A DNA stretch of 64,000 nt from Mustelus asterias (GCF_964213995.1 NC_135819.1:45942001-46006000), one strand, 5' to 3'. Counted from the stretch's first letter, positions 38,633 to 50,440 are shown. Translations and numbers: made by a program. Notes: a model not told the origin generated them from the letters alone.

Positions 38633-39959
38633 ACTAAAGGCCACGTCAGTGATAACTTTAATTGCACGTAGCTCATTTCAGACAATGATAATGGACACAT
38701 TTAGCTTTAGCCAGTCAGTCAATGCTTCTTTAGCAACTGTTATGATTGCCCCAAAGGCTGTGGGGAATCGTCGATAGATCACCCTGTGGGCAGCTGGAGA
38801 TTTTCCCAATAGAAAGCGTGCAATGGGGGCTTTTACATCTGCTCCTTCACCTGGCCCAGCGTTGTAGGTCCCAAGGTGTTGCACTATCTGTGAGCCTTGG
38901 GGTTGGTCTCTTTCTTAGTACACAATAAAGGGTGAGAGGTGACGGGAAACTGGCGTTCGGCTGAATTATTACAGCAACTGAGTGTAGTAAGAGGAATAGA
39001 TCTCAGTACCTATACACAGCGTGTAGCAGTAATATCAGAGCAACAAAAAAAAACTTCGACTGAGTGATAAGCTTTGAAAGTGTCCCCCATCAATTAGCAA
39101 TACACTGACAATGAGGAAATATTTCACAATAGGAAATGAGTGGTGCATACAAACCACAGAGTGATACACACTGGGTACATGTTTCCATGTGCAATTTATA
39201 ATCTGCACCAACCGTCATTTTCCTGTTAATTTATGTTTAATTTACATTTACTTTAATGTCAGAGTTATTCGAGTCACAGTCACAAAAAGTGAATTGTAAT
39301 TTATTCCTCTGGGGTGCCACTTCATCGATTTGGTTATTTTGGTATACAGATCTCCATAGGGCTTGGAACAAAACATCAAGTCCCCAACAAAATTCAAGTG
39401 AGTTTTCAGTACACCAACAAACCTCCAAAGTCAATCGCTTTTATTGGACACATGCATTCCTTACAAATGTGAATTTACAACAGCAACTTTGGAATTTTCC
39501 CCATGGGTGATATGTCTAGCTCATATCCATATTAATTTCAAATGTCACATTATCTTTGCTTCACGCTGCAGTGGAAACAAGATATTTACTCAATTAGCAG
39601 CTTACAATAGATGGCCACAAAATTCACACCCATCTTGGGCAAAATTTACCCATTGTTCAGGCCAGTGGGATCGTCCAGTCCCGCCGAGGGCACACTCCCA
39701 CAGCGGGGTTCACAACGGCAAGGGGTGCATTCAACAGGAAACACCTTTGGCAATGGCAGGCTCAGAAGATCCTGCTGGCAGCCAATGACAAGCCATCTCC
39801 CACCGCTGCGAAACACAGCAAATCTCAACCAATGAATTTCTTCTTGACCTCATCTGAAGTCTGAGGATAGATAGCACGTCTCATCCTATTGCATTTTACA
39901 TCCTGTGTGCATAAAGAACCTCTCTCCTCTCCAGCACTTTCCATTTTTTTCTGGAAAGC

Positions 39960-40250
39960 TAATAGTATGTGATCGTTTATTGCGAGGAGAATTGACTGCA
40001 AAAGTAAGGAAGTTATGTTTCAGTTGTACAGGGCACTCATGAGACCACACTTGGAGTGCTGTGAACAGTACTGGTTTCCTTATTTGAGGAAAGATACAAA
40101 TGCGTTGGAAGCAGTTCAGAGAAGGCTAATGCCAAGAATGGGTGGGTTGTCTTATGAGGAAATGTTAGACAGATTAGGCTAGTGTCCACTGGAATTTAGA
40201 AGAGTAAGAGGCAACTTGATTGAAACATATAAGATCCTGATGTCTTGATG
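39960..40250 (+). mobile_element. CR1 LINE fragment
   Basis: LYRALMRPHLE, LEAVQRR, RVRGNLIETYKI. Confidence 0.75.
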
Positions 40251-41061
40251 GGGGTGTGGGGTGGGGGGGGGGGGGGGGGGGGGCGGCGGCGGCGGGGTGT
40301 GGGGTCATGTTCGCTTTTTAAAAATGAGTGGTCGCCAATTTAAAATGGCCTTCTCCTGTTCCTTACTGCTTAACACAGTAACCTTCAAATTATAGCCTCT
40401 GCAAGTTCCTTAAACTGCTCAGTGCTGAAGCTACCAGCTCAGTAATAGCTAAGGCACTGAAGGGCTAAAAAGATGATGAGGGATAAATCGGGCCTGGGGA
40501 AACAGAAATGAAGCAAGAGATTTTGAAAAACCAAATTCACCAGCCCTTTGGGGACGGGGTGTGGTGGTGGGGGGGGGGGGGGGGGGTAGTGGATGGCTGG
40601 AAGGCAGGAATGAAGACAAATTGGTGCAGGTAGGCAGCTGATGGCATGCCCATAGTCTTTCGACACCCATGCCGTCATGCCAGTGGAAGGAAAGATGGCG
40701 GACTGCCTTCCAACCTGAAGCCCAATTGAGCCACTTCAGGGCCTCTTCTGGCTTAAGCTCCCACTTTGTTGGGAAACCCACTGCCAGATGGAGAGACCCC
40801 TTGGGGTCAGAGGAGGAAGAGTGAAATGGGGGTGGGGAGAGACCTGGGCAATGAGGGGAAGGGAGATTCCTAGTTTATTCCTTTTCAGACTCATTAGCCC
40901 AGGAAGAGGCCCCATCCTATTATCAATGTTCTTTTTTAAAATTTAATTCTCAAGGTCAGGTCCAGGAATACTCACCATTAACATAATCAGCCTCAGCAAC
41001 AGTCACTTAATTGCACCCCCCCCAACGCACACGCGCGCGCACGCACGCACACACACACAGC

Positions 41062-41370
41062 AGTGCAGAAGCCGACCATTAGGCCCATCGAATCTGCACT
41101 GACTCTCCAAAAGATCATCTTACCTCGCTCCCCCCCTCCCGGCCCCTGCATTATTCCTGTAACCCTACACATTTACCACTTAACCTACACATCCACGGAC
41201 ACTAAGGGGAAATTTAGCTTGTCCGGTCCACCTAACTCGCACATCTTTGGACTGAGGGAGGAAACCGGAGCATCCGGGGGAAACCCATGCAGAAATGGGG
41301 AGAACGTGCAAACTCTACACCATCATCCAACGCCAGAATCGAACCCGGGTCCCTGGCACTGTGAGGGAGC
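41062..41370 (-). mobile_element. HE1-like V-SINE, diverged, next to a (CA/GC)n run
   Basis: Reverse tail, core and B box. Purine-pyrimidine repeat at about 41026-41059. Confidence 0.75.
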
Positions 41371-42164
41371 AGGATCCCTGCAGCCTACATAAAATTAATC
41401 TCCAAAACAATGGACAGACATACAACAATGGCAAAAGCATTGGAAAGTGCAAAAGAAGATCCAACAGAGGAACACTGGAAAATTTGCAAGCAAGCAAAAA
41501 TTACATGGAACTTGCTGCACAGAAGCTGCCCATTCATCTCGGTAATATTTACAATGTACATGAGTCACCTGTAACTAATTTCTTTTTTTATCCTTCTTCC
41601 ATATGCTTCTATTCTCTTTTACTTCGTGCAGACATCAAGCTTCCCCTTACACCGTCAATGTGATCGGCTATAACAATTCCATATGGCAGCACGTTTTATA
41701 TTCTTGTCACTCACTGTGTAAAGAAAAACTTCCTAAAGTTCTTCCTTCAAATTTAAACATGTGACGGAGGCTGGGATTTCTGGCTGATGTGGATAAGCTC
41801 TGTCATAGAAAGAGATGAAAGTTGTTCTCAAGCACCGAAATTTTCCAGCCTTTCCTGCTGACGGAATCTTCCAGTCCTACCGAAGACGAGACCCGTAGAT
41901 CATTCCACGGCGGCAGAGGGTGTGAGGCACTCAAAACCCTGCTTACACCAGCAGGACAGGGCCAGGAGATTCTGCCAACGGTGGGCCACCTTCACTGCCG
42001 GGTGGCTGTGTATAAAACTATAAAATTGATTCAATCACATTGAAGCAGACAGAAATGACTGGAGGCTGGAAATTGATTGTGTGAAAGCACGACACATGCT
42101 AGCTTTTGCAGTTTGCACCCACGTCTTGTGCAACAGTAATATCCGGAATGCACTGCCAAAGCTA

Positions 42165-42345
42165 GGGTGCTCCACTTTCCTCCCATAGTCTGAAAGACGT
42201 GCTGGTTAGGTGCATTGGCCATACTAAATTCTCCTTCAGTGTACTCGAACAGGCGCTGGAGTGTGACGATTAGGGGATTTTCACAGTAACTTCATTGCTG
42301 TGTTAATGTAAGCCTACTTATGACACTAATAAATAAACTTTAAAA
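42165..42345 (+). mobile_element. Alternative-tail V-SINE, 5'-truncated
   Basis: Core plus ggggattttcacagtaacttc...taataaataaactttaaa. Confidence 0.8.
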
Positions 42346-43677
42346 CATTCCTGAAGAACTAAATCCTATGAGGGACTGCATTGTTTTTTTTAAGATTGTC
42401 CCCAGCAATGGGGACCAGGCATGATGACCTCTCCAATGGAAATTGAGGCCATTGAGGACCCACACCGTGGACCCCCCCGTCGACATTATACAGGAGATAG
42501 AAGATGAACTAAACATATCTGTAAAAAATATACACTCAGTAACGTGTTACACATTTTAAATATCCATCACACAAAAACAAGGCCCTCCAGGGCCAATCAA
42601 AATTTGAATAATTCACTCCGAGTCATTGGCGTTCCTCTTATCACTCCAGCCCACCTGCCCTGCCATTACAACACAATAAACCCCAATCCATTGTGAATAA
42701 TACCAGTTATCATACAGCCATTTAACTGAATTGGCACATATATACATGTGAGCCCTCCAAGCATGGCCACCCACCATTTACAGATATCTCACAATCTATC
42801 AACGTCCAATGTATGCCACTGGAATTAATGCATGAGAGATACCTGAAGAGGTTGCTTCCCAAAGAGTATGGATAATTTGTTCGACACTGTAATACGCTCG
42901 AGGCTGTCACTATTTGGGCAGATGCTGGTTTCAACTTGCATGTAAGGAATCAATGCAATGATCAATTAGGTATCAATTCATGAAGCCTCATGCACTCAAT
43001 AACATTTGGTTAATTAGGTAAATAGCAAATCTTAAGAGTGGAGCCAGCACAGATTTTTATTCATCACAGTTCCTCGGTGCCCTGAAATTTGATGATCTGT
43101 GAAATACAACTGCAATTCATGATTCTTATTGAGCCAAATGTGAAGCTACAACTGCATTTTTAAAAGCTAAATGATTAAATTACTTCAACAGATATGACAA
43201 GCTTTCTGAAAGGTATTATTAAAGACAACTGTGAAATATGAGGAAATGTACAAACCTTTGAAGTACAATGGGAATAAATAACCTTAGCACCAGACTATTA
43301 TTTTTAAATGACTTTTGACAACGCATTGGGAGAAAATTTCATGTTCTGTGTAAGCCAAGCATGATTGTCAAAACGAATTCCCCCAGAAGTAACAGCAACA
43401 AGATGTTAGGGGAATCATCATTTCTCATTTCTACTTTACATTGTTTCCTGAGAAGGAACTCTTCAAATGCAGACAATAAAAATATAACAAAACATACTCC
43501 AACTTATAAATCAAAGAAAAGGTTTAATAAAGAAACTTCATTACTCCAAACTTGGAGCCTCGCCCTGGGCCACACCGAGCTTCCCATAATTCCCAACAGA
43601 TTCTTATTTATAGTGAGTCAGCTGACCATCACATCATTCTGTAATTGGTTCCATGGTTTACTGGGTCAGTTGACTCT

Positions 43678-44019
43678 GTAAGAGTTTTAACAACACCAGG
43701 TTAAAGTCCAACAGGTTTATTTGGTAGCAAATGCCATTTGCTTTCGGAGCGCTGCTCCTTCGTCAGATGGAGGGGGTGTCTGCTCTCAAACAGAGCATAC
43801 AGAGACACAAAATCAAGTTACAGAATACTGATTAGAACGTTCTCTTCCTGTGAATTCTTGGAGAGCGCTTGCCCGAAGATGGAGGCTGGGTGCCCGTGAC
43901 CGCTGGAGTGTGCTCCGAAAGCTAATGGCATTTGCTACCAAATAAACCTGTTGGACTTTAACCTGGTGTTGTTAAAACTCTTACTGTGTTTACCCCAGTC
44001 CAACGCCGGCATCTCCACA
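43678..44019. mobile_element. Mosaic fold-back Penelope insertion in the TRIM 3' LTR
   Basis: TSD tcagttgactct at 43666-43677 and 44020-44031. The empty site is visible in the other LTR. Confidence 0.92.
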
Positions 44020-44138
44020 TCAGTTGACTCTTACAGCTTGTTACCATTGGTCACATTACATCCAATACAAAGTTGTCACCAGTTACATTCTAACAGATAC
44101 CCTTCATTTTAAATTATTTTGAAAAAGAGAATTAAGAT

Positions 44139-44156
44139 AACCATCCTCTGCTACCA
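44139..44156 (-). promoter_or_regulatory. Primer-binding site complementary to the initiator tRNA-Met 3' end
   Basis: Minus strand reads TGGTAGCAGAGGATGGTT, 1 nt after the LTR terminal CA. The plus strand aaccatcctctgctacca equals the vertebrate tRNAiMet 3' 18 nt including CCA. Confidence 0.92.
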
Positions 44157-44521
44157 ATGTTTCTTCAAAGGGAACTTTTCAAATGCTGACAATAAAAATA
44201 TAACAAAACCTACTCCAACTTATAAATCAAAGAAAGGGTTTAATAAAGAAACTTCATTACTCCAAACTTAGGGCCTCGCCCTGAACCACTCCAAGCTCTC
44301 CACAATTCCCAACAGGTCCTTATTTATAGTGAGTTAGCTGACCATCACATCATTCTGTAATTGGTCCCACGGTTTACTGGGTCAGCTGATTCTTACAGCT
44401 TGTTACCATTGGTCACAATACATCTAATACAAAGTTGTCACCAGTTACATTCTAACATACATAAGATGGTTCACAAGAAAGCAAAGACCATCACAGAGGA
44501 AACTGGCACCTTTGCTTATTA

Positions 44522-45410
44522 AGAGTTTTAACAACACCAGGTTAAATTCCAACAGGTTTATTTGGTAGCAAATGCCATTAGCTTTCGGAGCGCTGCTCCT
44601 TCGTCAGATGGAGTGGAAATCTGTTCTCAAACAGGGCACAGAGGCACAAAATCAAGTTACAGAATACTGATTAGAATGTGAATCTCCACAGCCAACCAGG
44701 TCTTAAAGATACAGACAATGTGAGTGGAGGGAGCATTAAGCACAGGTTATTGTCTCCAGACAGGACAGCCAGTGAGATTCTGCAAGTCCAGGAGGCAAGC
44801 TGTGGGGGTCACTGATAGTGTGACATAAACCCAACATCCCGGTTTAGGCCATCCTCATGTGTGCAGAACTTGGCTATCAGTTTCTGCTCAGCGACTCTGC
44901 GCTGTCGTGTGTCATGAAGGCCGCCTTGGAGAACGCTTACCCAAAGATCAGAGGTTGAATGCCCGTGACCGTTGAAGTGCTCCCCCACAGGAAGAGAACA
45001 GACTTGCCTGGTGATTGTCGAGCGGTGTTCATTCATCCGTTGTCGTAGCGTCTGCATGGTTTCCCCAACGTACCATGCCTCGGGACATCCTTTCCTGCAG
45101 CATATCAGGTAGACAACGTTGGCCGAGTTGCAAGAGTAGGTACCGTGTACCTGGTAGACGGTGTTCTCACATGAGATGATGGCATCCGTGTCGGTGATCC
45201 GGCACGTCTTGCAGAGGTTGCTGTGGCAGGGTTGTGTGGTGTCGTGGTCACTGTTCTCCTGAAGGCTGGGTAGTTTGCTGCGGACAATGGTCTGTTTGAG
45301 GTTGTGCAGTTGTTTGAAAGCAAGAAGTGAGGGTGTGGGGATGGCCTTGGCGAGATGTTCGTCTTCATCAATGACATGTTGAAGGCTCCAGAGGAGATGC
45401 CGTAGCTTCT
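44522..45410 (-). mobile_element. Penelope-like element, 5'-truncated (subfamily B), GIY-YIG region plus pLTR
   Basis: Homologous to about 5580-6490 (VVYLICC..WYVGET, RQRMNEHR, GLNRD). TSD cctttgcttatta at 44509-44521 and 45411-45423. Confidence 0.93.
44575..44611 (-). ncRNA. Minimal hammerhead ribozyme (Penelope pLTR, subfamily B)
   Basis: ccat-CTGACGA-aggagc agc gctcc-GAAA-g-CTA-atgg: intact core, stem I ccat/atgg. Confidence 0.82.
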
Positions 45411-45767
45411 CCTTTGCTTATTACCAGTACAAGATGGGCATTTATTAATGTCAGGGCATACTTCACTTTCATGTTGTTCACTTGCCATCCTCAGGCATGA
45501 AAATGCACGAAACAGATAACGTAGAACCTTTCAGCCCAAACTGTTCACACCAGCACTTACTCCCAACACAAATAAATACTCACCCTATCACAATATCCCC
45601 TTTGACCCCTTTTCTTTCATCCACCAATCCAATCTAATCTTGAACTTTAATAATGTCTGTCTCAAATACTAATCCTGTAAGTTAATTCCACAAATCTGAT
45701 TAAAGACACTCTTCTGCAATTTATTTTAGCTCCTTCTCGCACTCTTCCCTCCGCAATGGGAGAATTG

Positions 45768-46160
45768 TGGGAAGGCAATGGCCTAGTGGTATTATCGCTA
45801 GACTATTAATCCAGAAACTCAGTTAATGTTCCAGGGACCCGGGTTCGAATCCCACCACGGCAGATGGTAGAATTTGAATGCAATAAAAAAATCTGGAACT
45901 AAGAATCTACTGATGACCATGAAACCATTGTTGATTGTCGAGAAAAACCCATTTGGTTTGTTAATGTCCTTTAGGGAAGGCAATCTGTCGTCCTTCACCT
46001 GGTCTGGCCAACAGATGACTCCAGATCCACAGCAATGTGGTTGACTCTCAGCTGCCCTCTGAAATGGCCTAGTAAGCTACTCATTTCAAGGACAATTAGG
46101 GATGGAAGATAAATGCTGGCCAGTCAGCAATGCCCATGTCCCACGAATGAATAAAAAAAT
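45768..46160 (+). mobile_element. tRNA-derived SINE sharing its 3' tail with the second CR1-clade family
   Basis: A box tggcctagtgg, B box ggttcgaatcc, and tail caattagggatgg..aaatgctggcc..cccacgaatgaataaaaaaa. Confidence 0.8.
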
Positions 46161-47267
46161 ATTCCCACACTTTTGCATGGACCCCAGTTTTCTCCATTTA
46201 TTTTCTTGCTTTCCTGTAATCTTTCAAGTTGTTCAGGAAATCTGGGCAGAGAGACTGAGAATCATTCTGGTAAAAGCCTTGATGGAGGCTTTGTTTCTTG
46301 GACATTGTGATTTTGAACCATCGCATTTCCCCACAGGAAACAGTTCCTCTTTTAACTGTGAAGTCAGATTCTTCATCAAGGTGCAGCAGCTTTCCACTGA
46401 TGGCCAGGATGTATATTCTGAGAAAGAAATCTTTCTTCTTCTTGGCCAGTCTTCGATGGATCCAGACAGACAACCTCTTCTGCTAGCCAGGTCCAAGTCT
46501 GGCTAAATTTAGAACATTGAAAGCAAACTCAATGATAGATGGTGCATATTGTGGGTAACATTTTAAAATTCAGACATCTCCCACTAAGATCTTGGTTTAT
46601 ACAAGATATCTGTTTTCAATAACTGAGCTACTAATCGTCAACATCCAATTGCAACTTGAATTCCTTATAATCCATTTGATGTCTCCTCTGTCCAAGTCCT
46701 CGACACATTTTAGCCAAAGATTTCTCAACTGGAATGATGAATTCTGCTTGGCGGACAAGTGTGATTCAAACCTAGTGATAGATAGACCTCACTTTGGCTG
46801 ACATTCAGACTGAGATCCTTTAGATACTCTCCAAAATTCTTAGCTAAGATTGCACCACCGTTCCATTTGAAATCAGGAAACAGATGTTCCAAAGTTTACC
46901 CTTTTTCTCCAAGAGCACACTGTGAAAAAAGCTCACCCATTTCATAAATGCTTATTGTCTTCACAGCTTATGTGGGCTACACTAAATTTCGCAAACAAAA
47001 GTCGACTTTTTGCATCTTGCTGTCGAAAATGCTGAGTTGCCCAATTGTCAAATTGCAACTTGCTCGATGGTAAGAAAAGTGTATGGCCCAAACTAATGGC
47101 AACACATTAAATGCATTACAACCACATCATGTGTCCCTCTGGAATAAAAGAACTGTTGCTTTAACTTATTTGTTTTGCAGTCACTTGGAACCTATATGGC
47201 ATAGTTCAGAGCTTCCATACTTGGAAATTTTGTGTGTTTCTTACTCCAGCTTTTCTGGTTTCTGTGT

Positions 47268-47595
47268 CATAGAATCATAGAATCCCTACAGTGCAGAAGG
47301 AGGCCATTTGGCCCATCGAGCCTGCACCAACCACAATCCCATCTCGGCCCTATCCCCATAACCCCGCATATTTACCCGGCTAATCCCCCTGGCACTAGAG
47401 TCAATTTAGCATGGCTAATCCACCTAACCCGCACACTTTGGGACTGTGGGAGAAAACCGGAGCACCCAGAGGAAACCCACATAGACACGGGGAGAATGTG
47501 CAAACTCCATACAGACAGTGACTCAAGGCCGGGATTGAACCCGGATCCCTGGCGCTGTGAGGCAGAAGTGCTGAGCACTGCCACTGGGCCGCCAT
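47268..47595 (-). mobile_element. HE1-type V-SINE (second tail fragment at about 47640-47730)
   Basis: catagaatcatagaatcc tail, core and head. Confidence 0.9.
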
Positions 47596-48289
47596 AAGGA
47601 CCACATTAAGTTCATTTTGCTGTATATTTGTATACATTTCATAGAATCATTGAATCCCTACAATGCAGAAGGAGACCATTTGGTCCATCAAACCTGCACC
47701 AATAACAATCCCACGCAGGCCCTATCCCCTTAGATACATCTCAAAGGATAGTTACAATCCCCTATGCCGTTAAAAATTAGGAATACAAGAAGCCCTTTCA
47801 AAGCTGTTTCTGCTATTCATTTAGATAATTGCTGATCTGCATCTTAATTCCATTTACTCACCTTTGTTCCAGATCCTTTAATACCTACATAGCTAACTTC
47901 ATATCTATCAATCTCTGGTTAAACTTTTTAATTGACGTTGCCTCAACAGCCATCTTATTCTATTGAATTACAATTGACGACACTCTACAATCACCTGGGC
48001 ACTTACTGACAAATTATCTGCGCCTCACATGCTTAGACTGCAGAAATTACTAGGCACAAGTACAGCCGGTAATTCACTTCAGCTGTCAAGAGTGAGAGCA
48101 TTGAGAAATGCAAACCTCAGGTATTAGGATCAAAAATCTTAATGTCTAGTAAAAAAACACAACCTAAAATCTTCTTACGATAACAAGGGAAAGCAAACCA
48201 CAAAGCTCAATACCCTATTCTAAGCCACCATGATAACTTGTACCTTAACTGAAACATTTTGTTTTAATACTCAGCATACCACTAATTAC

Positions 48290-48621
48290 ATGGAGGTCTT
48301 GTGGCGCAGTGGGCAGCATCCCTGCCTCTGAGCCAGAAACCCTGGGTTCGACTCCCACTCCAGGACTTGATGGCCAAGGAAGGTGCGTTCGTAACACGGC
48401 CAAACAGGTTGAGTGCCAACCATACTTTGAAACATGCCAATATCTGGCAGTAAGATCGGGAGAGACTCCTGGTCAGCCACGATTAATGCGGAGTGGCACT
48501 CTTCAAGCTCTAAAGCCTCTGGCAACAGACTAACAACCTGTTCCGGGAATTACCAGCAATGGAAACAGAGGAAAGTCTGTCTTAGTGCGCTACTAGTTGC
48601 GGGAAGAGAATTGGAATTGGA
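48290..48621 (+). mobile_element. Distinct tRNA-derived SINE with (GGAATT)n tail
   Basis: A box tggcgcagtgg, B box ggttcgactcc. TSD ataccactaattac at 48276-48289 and 48622-48635. Confidence 0.88.
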
Positions 48622-49252
48622 ATACCACTAATTACTAATTACACCATCCAATAACTACCAGCAAGAATTTAACACAAAATAGCAATTATACACGAAGAAA
48701 TCATAATATTGTTAAAAATAGCAGTGCAATGAATGTTTTCCATTGGTGACATTGATTTTATTGGATTGAATGTCAGGGTGAAAGATTAAGGGAGTTTGAG
48801 AACTAATTGCCCTCAGTTCTGCTGCAAGGAGCCGTCGAATCCCTTTTGAAGAGTTCACTGTGGCTTGTACTCATATGAATCTGAAACATATTGGAATGCA
48901 TATTCATTCCCCGTAAATATTTTAATGTTATTTTTTGCTCTCAGCACCTCAAAGTCAATTCCCTTTGAGCAAGATTTAGCCTTCTATCAAAAATATTTAA
49001 ACTCAAGATTCGCAGATGCAGCAAATATTCACTTAATGATATTAATTCACTTAATAAGAGGATAGCAAACTCCCAGGGCTGGCACTGTGACTGTTAGGCA
49101 TTTGCCTTTAGAGGTCACCCATGTCCTTTACCTATTTAACACTTTGATGGGATGGTTGTGGCATAGTGGTAATGTAGCTGAACTAGTAATGCAGAGGCCA
49201 AGCTAATGGGCAGGGGACATGGACTCAAATCCCACCAACATGACATTTAAGG

Positions 49253-49610
49253 ATGGCATGGTGACACAATGGTTAGCACTTATGCTTCACGGCGCCAGCG
49301 ACCCAGATTCGATTCTGGCCTTGGGTGACTATCTATGTTGAGTTTTCACATTCTCCCCATACCTGCATGGGTTTCCTCCGGGTGCTCTGGTTTCCCCCCA
49401 CAGTCCAAAGATGTGCAGGTTAGGTTGATTGGCCATGTTAAAAATTGCCCCTTAGGTGTCCCAAGATGTGTAGGCTAGGGGGACTACCAGGATAAATATG
49501 TGAGGTTGTGGGGATAGCGCCTGGGTAAGATAGTCCGTCAGAGAGTCGGTGCAGGCTCAATGGGCCAAATGGCCCCATTCTGCACTGTGGAAATTCTATG
49601 ATTCTATTCT
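49253..49610 (+). mobile_element. HE1-type V-SINE next to the head of another SINE (about 49150-49245)
   Basis: Head, core and attctatgattcta tail. Confidence 0.85.
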
Positions 49611-50129
49611 CTCTAAAAATATATTTTTAAAGGGCTCTAGGTGGAGCTTATTTACTGAGTGTGAAGTAGAGTTGTTTCAAAGCCATCAACCCTGAAGGAC
49701 TCTTTGGAGAATTCTTGTTCCTTAGTGTCAGCAGGGATGACTCTAACTTTTATCAGGCAGTCAAAAAGCAGATCCTTATTTTACACCTTACCGCATTCTG
49801 CTTTCCAATGTCGAGTCATCAATCACCTGATTTTCACCCACTAAGTTAAAATGATTCCATTCCATTTTTCTTTTGTTACCAAATTAATGGCAAGCGTTTT
49901 CCTTTTTATTTGCCAGAATTGCATTTGACAATTAGCTTACTTTCAAACGATCAATTCCAATGGTCTACAATCTAAATGTTTTTTTAAAAGCGAAATGCAG
50001 CTTTAATCCATGCACACACATTACTTGGAACATAGACATACCCGTGGCCAGAACAAGAAAACACAGAACAATCTCAGAAAATACTTCATCCAAAAAATAC
50101 CAGTCACATTCCTCTTTCCAAATACTTCA

Positions 50130-50437
50130 ATCATAGAATCTCTACCGTGCAGAAGGAGGGCGTTCAGCCCCTCGAGTCTGCACTGACAACAATCCTACCC
50201 GAGCCCTATCCCCATAACCCCACGGATTTACCCTCCTGACATGAACAGTCAATTTAGCATGGCCAATCAACGTAAACCACATATTTTTGGAGTGTGGGAA
50301 GAAACCCGAGCACCCGGAGGAAACCCACGCAGACACGGGGAGGATGTGCAAACTCCGCACAGTCAGAGGCTGGAATTGAACTCGGGTCCCTGGCGCTGTG
50401 AGGCAGCAGTGCTAACCACTGTGTCACTGTGCCGCCC
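50130..50437 (-). mobile_element. HE1-type V-SINE
   Basis: Reverse tail, core and head. Confidence 0.88.
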
Positions 50438-50440
50438 TTA

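Larger units (their letters stand above)
43442..44457 (-). mobile_element. Miniature non-autonomous LTR retrotransposon (TRIM-like)
   Basis: 5' LTR 44158-44457 and 3' LTR 43442-44095 (300 bp once the Penelope insert is removed). TGTT...AACA termini, TSD TACAT at 43437-43441 and 44458-44462, tRNA-iMet PBS, 62-bp internal region. Confidence 0.9.

Noticed and set aside
40250-40590. Poly-G tracts as functional G-quadruplexes
   Set aside because: Low-complexity runs within degraded repeats. Their length is unreliable and nothing supports function.
44139-44156. tRNA-iMet gene or pseudogene
   Set aside because: Only the 3' 18 nt including CCA are present, positioned right after an LTR end, which makes it a PBS.
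43442-44457. Simple tandem duplication
   Set aside because: The TG...CA termini, PBS and flanking 5-bp TSD fit an LTR element better.
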